From the IMG/VR virus record IMGVR_UViG_3300021963_000286, positions 1-39,054 of that record: a stretch of DNA of 39,054 bases; one strand, given 5' to 3'. Shown here piece after piece: positions 1-6,436 of the stretch. The translations under genes and the position numbers were made by a program. The notes under the pieces were generated by a model, which did no database searches, was not told the origin of the DNA, and saw nothing but the letters and a program-made list of their open reading frames with translations. How positions within the stretch are numbered: position 1 is the first letter of the stretch; each line of letters starts with the position of its first letter. Source of the DNA: a virus. Taxonomy: Duplodnaviria; Caudoviricetes.

Positions 1-352
1 CTTCAGCTGCTGCTTGGAATGCAAATCCCACGTATGGTACTTTGCTTAGTGCATTAGCTACACTATCAATAATGGGATTTAGTGCTTTAAAGCCAGTTTC
101 AGCTTCGCCTAGACTTTTGGCTACACCACCAAGACTTTTGGTAAGAGCACCTGGAACTTTAAGCAATGCAGCTGGCAACTCATCGCCGGCTTTTTTAACG
201 TTTGCCTTAAACTCGTCTATACTAACACTGGCTCGTTTGAATTGCCCAGCCATGTAGCCAGATTCTCTGGCTAGCTTGATCATCTCGTCGTTGGTTAACG
301 TAATGCCGTCGCGCAACTTGTCAAACAGAGCTTGCATTTCTTGTTCGGTCAT
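1..352 (-). CDS. 5' part of a probable tail tape-measure / helical virion protein (truncated by the window edge; not in the ORF track)
   Basis: ATG at 352-350 opens a frame with no stop to position 1: MTEQEMQALFDKLRDGITLTNDEMIKLARESGYMAGQFKRASVSIDEFKANVKKAGDELPAALLKVPGALTKSLGGVAKSLGEAETGFKALNPIIDSVANALSKVPYVGFAFQAAAE. It is Ala/Gly/Leu/Lys-rich and helical, with a KVPYVG motif typical of tape measures. A TAAATA box lies upstream and the tail chaperone gene is adjacent. The tape-measure call is inference. Confidence 0.6.
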   Translation of the reverse strand, partial: MTEQEMQALFDKLRDGITLTNDEMIKLARESGYMAGQFKRASVSIDEFKANVKKAGDELPAALLKVPGALTKSLGGVAKSLGEAETGFKALNPIIDSVANALSKVPYVGFAFQAAAE

Positions 353-362
353 ATTTCCAGGC

Positions 363-396
363 TATAAGTATAGTGATATTTATGGCGACAAAAAAT
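363..396. promoter_or_regulatory. Overlapping divergent T4-type late promoters
   Basis: TATAAGTA on + at 363-370 precedes ATG 395. TAAATA on - at 382-377 precedes ATG 352. The T4 gp55 late consensus is TATAAATA. Confidence 0.65.
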
Positions 397-1237
397 GACA
401 GAAACTACTAACCCATTAAAGCAGTATTTTCGACAACCAGCGATTTACGCCCGACTGCCCAGTCAAGGTAAATTTTGGCCCGAAGGCACTGTTGCAATTC
501 CGCCCAATGGAGAATTACCAATTTATCCAATGACTGCTGTTGACGAAATAACCACACGTACCCCAGATGCGCTATTCAACGGAACTGCGGTAATTAGAAT
601 TTTTGAAAGCTGTGTACCCAGTGTCAAAGATGCCTGGGTCATGCCGTCGATTGATGTAGATACCTTACTGGTAGCTGTGCGCATTGCCACATACGGTCAC
701 GAAATGGATGTCAACACTAGATGCCCAAACTGCGACACACAAAACGAATACCAAGTGGATCTAAGAACCATATTGGCCAACATCAAAGTTCCTGACTATG
801 AATCCAGTATGGATATACAGGGTTTGAAGTTTTTCTTCCGCCCACTCAGCTATCATCAGATGAATGAAAACAACCAGTTGCAGTTTGAAGATCAAAAAGC
901 CATGCAGACCATGGGTGATGCCGACATCGACGATCAAGAAAAAATGAAACGGCTGGGTGAATCGTTTTTGAGAATCACAGCACTCACAATCAAGAGTATT
1001 GCACAAAGTATCAGTGCCATACGCACCCCCGACGCTGTGGTAACTGAAACAGCGCATATCTTGGAATTTTTAAAAAACTGCGATCGTGCTGCGTTTAACG
1101 CCATAAGAGATCATATTGTAAAACTAAAACAGACATCCGAAACAGAACCACTCAAGATCACCTGTACTGAATGTACAACCCAGTTTGACCAACCATTTAC
1201 TCTGGACATGTCAAATTTTTTCGTAACCAACTCTTAA
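395..1237 (+). CDS. gp26: T4 gp26-like baseplate hub assembly chaperone / tail assembly chaperone
   Basis: N-terminal NPLKQYFRQPAIYARLPSQG, then PMTAVDE and DVDTLLVAVRIATYG, plus two CxxC pairs (CPNC, CTEC). This matches the pattern of gp26-like proteins of large T4-like phages. Confidence 0.75.
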   Translation: MTETTNPLKQYFRQPAIYARLPSQGKFWPEGTVAIPPNGELPIYPMTAVDEITTRTPDALFNGTAVIRIFESCVPSVKDAWVMPSIDVDTLLVAVRIATYGHEMDVNTRCPNCDTQNEYQVDLRTILANIKVPDYESSMDIQGLKFFFRPLSYHQMNENNQLQFEDQKAMQTMGDADIDDQEKMKRLGESFLRITALTIKSIAQSISAIRTPDAVVTETAHILEFLKNCDRAAFNAIRDHIVKLKQTSETEPLKITCTECTTQFDQPFTLDMSNFFVTNS

Positions 1238-1452
1238 ACTCAAACTCTGAGCAAATTCCCAAACTAGTAGAATCACTAGACAAGGAATGCGAAGGGATTA
1301 GAGAAGAAGCTCTAAGACTCAGTTGGTACATGCGAGGTGGTCTCACTTATGATCAAGCAATGGGACTATCACCTCAAGAGCGCAAGTTAATAAATGCCTT
1401 AATCAAAGAAAACTTAGAAACCACTAAAAAATCTGGACTACCTTTTTATTAA
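1219..1452 (+). CDS. gp51-like ORF, probably the -1 frameshift extension of the 395..1237 protein (otherwise a 40-aa ORF from ATG 1330)
   Basis: The -1 frame is open 1189..1452: FRNQLLNSNSEQIPKLVESLDKECEGIREEALRLSWYMRGGLTYDQAMGLSPQERKLINALIKENLETTKKSGLPFY*. It has no ATG/GTG/TTG before 1330. The slippery run AAATTTTTTC lies at 1213-1222. Confidence 0.7.
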   Translation, partial: FRNQLLNSNSEQIPKLVESLDKECEGIREEALRLSWYMRGGLTYDQAMGLSPQERKLINALIKENLETTKKSGLPFY

Positions 1453-1454
1453 TC

Positions 1455-1952
1455 ATGAATTTTGAACAAGCCAAACAGGACATTGAACAGTGGATCGTGG
1501 ACTTTGTCGAAAAGCCCACGCCCTTGCTCAACGGGTGGGCACCATGTCCCTACGCTCGTCAAGCTAGACTCAGCAAAAAAGTAGACATACGCCAGGGCTG
1601 TTATAATCCCATAGACGATCTCAAACATGTGATCATGAACGATTTTGATGTTGTGGCCTTGGTGTACGGTCCGGAACGCTGGCCTGCCGAAGAATTCAAT
1701 CAACTGGTCGACACTGCCAACATGGTACACCTGAGTTCGCAGGGCTTGATTGCGCTAGCAGACCACCCAGATGATGCGGAATCTGTCAATGGCGTGGCAA
1801 TGAACCAAGGCACTTATGCCATTGTGTTTGTACAAGATCTGGCCAAACTCAATCACTTTGCCAAGGTCTTGGGCAACAAAGGATTTTACGATGGGTGGGA
1901 CGAAGAATACTTGAAAGTTTTGTTTGCTGGCCGCGAAGATCCAAGATCATGA
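1455..1952 (+). CDS. DUF1415-like hypothetical protein
   Basis: The pattern W-I/V..FVE...PCPYA near the N-terminus and ADHPD in the C-terminal half resembles DUF1415 (CPFA ... FHP). The family call is from memory of motifs. Confidence 0.5.
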   Translation: MNFEQAKQDIEQWIVDFVEKPTPLLNGWAPCPYARQARLSKKVDIRQGCYNPIDDLKHVIMNDFDVVALVYGPERWPAEEFNQLVDTANMVHLSSQGLIALADHPDDAESVNGVAMNQGTYAIVFVQDLAKLNHFAKVLGNKGFYDGWDEEYLKVLFAGREDPRS

Positions 1953-2389
1953 CATACGAATACGCACGTATTGATCTCAGCAAGACCTCATACTACCCTA
2001 CCACAACGTACAGTTATCTATCGGCTTCTGACGAAAACATAACTCAACTAAACGATATCTATAGAACTTATTGTATCTATAAGCATTTTGGTAGTGTAAT
2101 GCCTATATTTAAAAGCCAGTACACCGATCCCAATACTGATATACTAGGATACTACGACAACGACGAGTTGGTAGCGTTTAGTTTAATCAAGCTATACGAC
2201 AAACATAATGCACTATGCGAACAGTTTGCATGGACATATCACCGACCCAAACTGAGATTAGGCATCGAAAGCCTAATAACCGAATGTGCAATTTATAAGG
2301 AACGGGGATTCAAGTACCTGTACCTGGACCAAGCACATTTATACAAGCAAGGCCTCCAAGGCTTTGAACTACTAGGACCAATGATATAA
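1949..2389 (+). CDS. GNAT-fold aminoacyl-tRNA--protein transferase C-terminal-domain-like protein (ATE_C/Bpt-like)
   Basis: The likely start is ATG 1949 (ATGA overlap with the upstream stop). The sequence LGYYDNDELVAFS...KLRLGIESLITECAIYKERGFKYLYL...YK..LQGFELL parallels the ATE_C pattern (LVAV...SLGT.S.L.EI..A...G..Y.YLG...YK). Confidence 0.55.
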   Translation: MTYEYARIDLSKTSYYPTTTYSYLSASDENITQLNDIYRTYCIYKHFGSVMPIFKSQYTDPNTDILGYYDNDELVAFSLIKLYDKHNALCEQFAWTYHRPKLRLGIESLITECAIYKERGFKYLYLDQAHLYKQGLQGFELLGPMI

Positions 2390-2724
2390 TGGCAGACATA
2401 TACCACATCTGGGCAAACAAAGAAGGCGACATCAGCGACATAGACTGGGTCAACAACATGCGCAGTTTCTTACAACACCTGGTCGATGAACACAAGATGG
2501 AATCGTTTAGAATCACCAGATGCAAGATGGGATTTCGCAGCATTGCTGACATGCCAGAGTGGCACATTATGATGGAGTTCGTTGACATGGCACAAATGGA
2601 CATGGCCTTCCGAAGAGTTGCACCACTAGAAGGTGAGCTAGAGACAAAACACAAATCATTCAATCAGTTTGTTTCAGGTGACATTCAACATGCACTATTC
2701 AGGGATTATCCTGATGACTTGTAA
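2389..2724 (+). CDS. DUF6614-like small dimeric alpha/beta-barrel protein
   Basis: The sequence MADIYHIW...FRITRCKMGF...EWHIMMEFVDMAQMDMAF...H...ALFRDYPD matches my recollection of this family. It is TAATG-coupled to the upstream gene. Confidence 0.55.
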   Translation: MADIYHIWANKEGDISDIDWVNNMRSFLQHLVDEHKMESFRITRCKMGFRSIADMPEWHIMMEFVDMAQMDMAFRRVAPLEGELETKHKSFNQFVSGDIQHALFRDYPDDL

Positions 2725-2743
2725 GATGTGCTGACGCACATCT
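2724..2743. terminator. Perfect 8-bp hairpin at the junction of convergent transcription units
   Basis: AGATGTGC-TGAC-GCACATCT begins at the last base of the stop codon of 2389..2724. There is no strong U-tract, so it may instead be the 3' end structure of the adjacent RNA. Confidence 0.45.
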
Positions 2744-3208
2744 GTGGTTTCACTTCGTTCACAACATTATTTTCTTATCTAGTAGTGAACAGAGCAGTTG
2801 TACATATCTCATCTAGATTAACTGGCCACACTTAACCCACCGAAGGGTTAAGAAAAAACTGGAACCTCATCTGAGTAGCCCAGCCACACTAGCGTTAGAA
2901 CTATAATGCAAAACATCTACATCGCACAGGCGGTTGTCCGGTACCTGCTCGTTCCGTCTTAATATACAACGGTAGTCTGTGTCACACACGCAGTCGTATG
3001 CACAAACTCAGGGTTTTTCTCCCTTCTTTTTGCCTTTTTGTCATCTTCAAACAATCAAATCGCAGGTCTTACTAAGCGATCGTCGTCCTGTCAAGGATAG
3101 TGATTGAGTGCTTCTTGCAGCGAGAAGACTTCCATCCCTGCGACTCTCGTCCAGGTTTAGGGCACTCGATATGAACCAGTGCTAGTCGTTACTGCCGTTC
3201 GTTGCCTG
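2725..3208 (-). ncRNA. Candidate large structured non-coding RNA (about 410-480 nt), family unassigned
   Basis: It is the only long ORF-free gap in the window and contains at least 10 stem-loops. Several stems need G-U pairs that form only on the minus strand. It also has a GAGA tetraloop and a possible closing helix pairing 3191-3200 with 2787-2798. Confidence 0.65.
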
Positions 3209-3637
3209 TCAAAGTTTGTTTTTTATGTGTGATCCATGTACACGCACTTGAATGTGACCATTGTAGTAGTCATCTGATTCCAGTACTCGACGTGAAAATT
3301 GTTCACGTGCTTCTATGTACGAGCATTCGGCTTTTGATTTACAGTAGTATAATATTTCGCGTTTGAAATTGCTGTTGCCTAGGATGTTGATGTCTTCTGT
3401 GAGATTGGGGGAGCTGCCGTAGTATTGTTGCCAGTCTGAGTCTATTTTACTTTTGATTTTCTTTCGCTTTTTAGTGCCGTTCTTTAATTTTACTACTTTA
3501 TAAGTGGTCTTTGCAAACTTTGCGAGCTTTTTGCCCACATACATCTTGCCATTGGTAGTATTTGTAATCAAATAAACAAATCCAATGGCATCCTCAGGTA
3601 GTTCCGAGACTTCTGTTCCATTATAATACCATGTCAT
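3209..3637 (-). CDS. Stand-alone GIY-YIG family endonuclease (Seg/EndoII-like catalytic domain)
   Basis: Motifs GFVYLITNTTNGKMYVGKK, YYGSS, FKREIL, catalytic-type E in YIEAREQ and YYN. It is 142 aa long with no C-terminal DNA-binding module. Confidence 0.85.
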   Translation of the reverse strand: MTWYYNGTEVSELPEDAIGFVYLITNTTNGKMYVGKKLAKFAKTTYKVVKLKNGTKKRKKIKSKIDSDWQQYYGSSPNLTEDINILGNSNFKREILYYCKSKAECSYIEAREQFSRRVLESDDYYNGHIQVRVHGSHIKNKL

Positions 3638-3645
3638 GCGTATAG

Positions 3646-4056
3646 TTATGATGGATCATGTAATACTTGCAAATTTCGTAAATGATAAAATGGTGGACAA
3701 ACAAAATCTATTTTGATTATTCCTTTTTTGTGCATGTATCCATAAGTGTTTTCAATACCAGCATCGGTGGTATAAACTGCTGTTTTCTTGGCAACGTGTG
3801 TGATATCTGTGTTGTCTACAATCAACTGTAATATTTCTACAGCCAAGTCATGTACAATAACATTTTTTTCATTGACCACGGTGTCATTTTGGCCTTTGTT
3901 AAGAAATTCTATCTCCAAGCAGTGTGGCCCAATATCGCAGTGTGAAATTTTCCCCACAGGCACACCGTCTAGTCGTATCACATACTCTGGCTGTTTGTCA
4001 GGCAAAGAATGTTCTTTAAGATTTAGTGATATTGAAAATCTTTTGGGGTTTAGCAT
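3646..4056 (-). CDS. Hypothetical beta-rich protein associated with the B12 radical SAM gene
   Basis: A 136-aa ORF overlapping the end of the radical SAM gene by 41 nt and filling the operon gap. Alternating hydrophobic residues suggest beta strands. Confidence 0.6.
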   Translation of the reverse strand: MLNPKRFSISLNLKEHSLPDKQPEYVIRLDGVPVGKISHCDIGPHCLEIEFLNKGQNDTVVNEKNVIVHDLAVEILQLIVDNTDITHVAKKTAVYTTDAGIENTYGYMHKKGIIKIDFVCPPFYHLRNLQVLHDPS

Positions 4057-5551
4057 CTTTGTACCAGTCTAGTTGTTTTTTTACTGTATTAATTTTTCTT
4101 TGCAAATGATTTATTTGATCCGAATCGTTTTCAAAATCCATACATGTTTCACACAGTTCGATAAATCTTTTTACTCTGACATCAAAGGTATTAGTGGGGT
4201 TGTTGGCACTGACCCAAGCAAATGTTGAGTACCCGTTGACGTTGTCAACGTGCATCTGAAAATGATCTACCAAGTTCTGATCCTGAGTCATGGGCACACC
4301 GTCCAACAACAGGAAAGTGTTTATTGGTGATATTTTTAATAATCCATTGCTGCGGGGAACCCAGTATCGGATCAGTTTCATAGTTTCTTGCCAGTCTTTG
4401 TCGGTCTCAGCGGGGTAACCAGCAATTATGTTCCAAGATTGATATATGTTGTATTTGATCAGCATGTTTGTAGTGTAGTCGACATCGTCGGCACTGCTGC
4501 CTTTGCCCATGTGCAATCGAATTTGTTCGCTGCCAGATTCCATGCCAATCTGTACACGATGACATCCAGCTCGTGCCATGGCTTCGAAGTATTTTTCAGG
4601 CATGTCGCGCTGTGATCGACAAATCATTTGTGCTTCGTATTTTATAGTGTCAGGTAACCGTTGGGCCAGTTCATTGTTCATTTCCCAAAAAGGTTTCAAC
4701 CCACCGTTGATTAAACTGTCAGTAAAACTAAAATAAGTTGCCTGGTATTTTTGATGTAGCTCAATCATCTCGTTAGCTACACTGATGCCGCTGCGATATC
4801 TGAATCTATTCCAAATGTTCCCTACATCACAAAAATTGCAGTTCTTAACACACCCTTTGCTGGCAGTTATTAAAAAAACATGTCCGTCGGAATCAACTCG
4901 GGAATCTTTGGCAGAACTCCAGTAACTTCTTAGAGTTTTGGGATACAACTGAAAATTATAATCTGAATAGTCAGGCACAGGAACAGCATTGAGTTGTTCG
5001 TTAGTAAGTTGAGTCACTGTCAATGTGCCTGTGGTGTTTTCTTTCAGTATCTGACCAAGAGCATATTCGCCTTCGCCCAGTAAAGCACAATCTGCTAACC
5101 CTGAGTCCAGCATTAACTCGTGCCATCTCTTCTGGTACTGAAATAAAAAAATATTAAGACCGCTACCACCCAGTATAATTTTAATTTGATTATTCAGCAG
5201 TCGCACATGATAGCACAGATCTTCAACAAACCGTTGACTGTTTTGTGTCAGCACAGAAATAGACAGAGCTGCGGGCTGATATGTTTCGACAATGCGCCGG
5301 GCATAACCAACAACAATATCAGTGTACCACTCAAACTCAGCTGTGGATAACTGTAGCTCTGGGGATTGCATCCACGCTGTCACAGACGAGTAGTTATTGT
5401 GTGTCTGATAGTCAAAGTTGAACTCAGCACTTGCGTCCCAAGTACTGCAGGAAAATCCATCTCGTTGTACACATGCTTTCAGTAAAGCAGGGGCTAGGCT
5501 GGGACCAAATGTATAAGTGAACGGTGCTGTAACCATCAGCAGATCAGACAT
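4016..5551 (-). CDS. Cobalamin-binding radical SAM enzyme (class B methyltransferase-like)
   Basis: It has a CxxxCxxC motif (SKGCVKNCNFC) and N-terminal B12-binding-domain hallmarks (PSLAPALLKA, KIILGG, GEGE). It also has FTDSLING, IGMESGS...MGKG and IAGYPAET. Confidence 0.85.
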   Translation of the reverse strand: MSDLLMVTAPFTYTFGPSLAPALLKACVQRDGFSCSTWDASAEFNFDYQTHNNYSSVTAWMQSPELQLSTAEFEWYTDIVVGYARRIVETYQPAALSISVLTQNSQRFVEDLCYHVRLLNNQIKIILGGSGLNIFLFQYQKRWHELMLDSGLADCALLGEGEYALGQILKENTTGTLTVTQLTNEQLNAVPVPDYSDYNFQLYPKTLRSYWSSAKDSRVDSDGHVFLITASKGCVKNCNFCDVGNIWNRFRYRSGISVANEMIELHQKYQATYFSFTDSLINGGLKPFWEMNNELAQRLPDTIKYEAQMICRSQRDMPEKYFEAMARAGCHRVQIGMESGSEQIRLHMGKGSSADDVDYTTNMLIKYNIYQSWNIIAGYPAETDKDWQETMKLIRYWVPRSNGLLKISPINTFLLLDGVPMTQDQNLVDHFQMHVDNVNGYSTFAWVSANNPTNTFDVRVKRFIELCETCMDFENDSDQINHLQRKINTVKKQLDWYKDAKPQKIFNITKS

Positions 5552-6436
5552 TTAAAGTTCAACCTCCAGTCTCCATTGCTTACTAAAATGAGTTGAGTTT
5601 TCATCAGTGGAGCATACAAGTTTGCACGTGGGATGACATTCGGGTGTATTCCAGTGTTGTTTAATTTCTTCATACTGATCCACAACAGCACCATCGTTGT
5701 GTCCTAAGAAACAACAAGGATGCACAATGCCAGCAGCACTCACATATAAACTTTGTTCTTTTTTGGCGTGGCACATGATTGGGCCAGTGTTGAGCACAGG
5801 CGGAACCCAGCCCGCAGGTGGCTGTAGCCAGGCTATTGTATTTTTACGTTTGCTTACTTTTGCTCTAAACCAAGAAAATCCCATTTGTCGTGCCACAACC
5901 TCAGCAAGATCTACCTGGTGTGAGTTGTAATCATATATCAGCATATCCCATTGTGCATTGCCGCCGGCCTGTATAAAAGCCGTGGTATTTTTTATGATCT
6001 TTTCCCACTGTGTATTCACACGATACAGATGATTGGTATCTTCTAATCCATCAATGCTAAAAATTACAAAATCAAGAGTATTGGATAATATCCCTGCCAA
6101 CTCACTCCACCAGGCAGCATTGCGTAAGCTGCCATTGGTATTCATTCCCAATGTGATGTCAGGATTGATTTCTCTGAAATAGCGATATATGTCCAAGGTA
6201 TGAACACCTGCAGCAGGATCGCCGTAGTTGCCACACATGAACATCTTGTCAAGATTTTTAATAAACTCTGTAGAAAATAATTCTTTTATACGATCCACAG
6301 TTAAATGATGTATGTCCTGTTCTTTGTTGAATCTGAAGGGATTCTCTCTAGGACATAGAGGGCAGGCAGCATTGCACATGGTAGTGGGCTCCAAGTGCAG
6401 TACTTTTACTGGATAATGATCAAATGATATCGACAT
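5552..6436 (-). CDS. Radical SAM protein with C-terminal SPASM/twitch-type Cys cluster
   Basis: Motifs EPTTMCNAACPLCPR, CGNYGDP, NTNGS and FSIDG, plus a C-terminal C...G.VHPCC...C..C...C cluster. The start is placed at MSISF (6436) to minimise overlap with gp46. Confidence 0.85.
   Translation of the reverse strand: MSISFDHYPVKVLHLEPTTMCNAACPLCPRENPFRFNKEQDIHHLTVDRIKELFSTEFIKNLDKMFMCGNYGDPAAGVHTLDIYRYFREINPDITLGMNTNGSLRNAAWWSELAGILSNTLDFVIFSIDGLEDTNHLYRVNTQWEKIIKNTTAFIQAGGNAQWDMLIYDYNSHQVDLAEVVARQMGFSWFRAKVSKRKNTIAWLQPPAGWVPPVLNTGPIMCHAKKEQSLYVSAAGIVHPCCFLGHNDGAVVDQYEEIKQHWNTPECHPTCKLVCSTDENSTHFSKQWRLEVEL

Noticed and set aside
42-257. 71-aa plus-strand ORF in the track
   Set aside because: It is the antisense shadow of the minus-strand gene starting at 352, which has a promoter box and protein-like sequence.
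1895-1948. Longer N-terminus for the ATE_C-like gene
   Set aside because: It would overlap the upstream gene by 58 nt. ATG 1949 gives a typical ATGA coupling.
2725-3208. Identification of the structured region as RNase P RNA, tmRNA, a tRNA cluster or a group I/II intron
   Set aside because: GAUGGAAGUCU after a hairpin faintly recalls RNase P CR-I, but there is no complementary CR-V/P4 partner near the 3' end. I found no tRNA-like ends or T-loop/CCA, no interrupted gene, and no convincing P7 or domain V.
3209-3637. Mobile homing endonuclease or intron-encoded ORF
   Set aside because: It has no C-terminal NUMOD/HTH DNA-binding domain and no split host gene around it. It is treated as a stand-alone nuclease.
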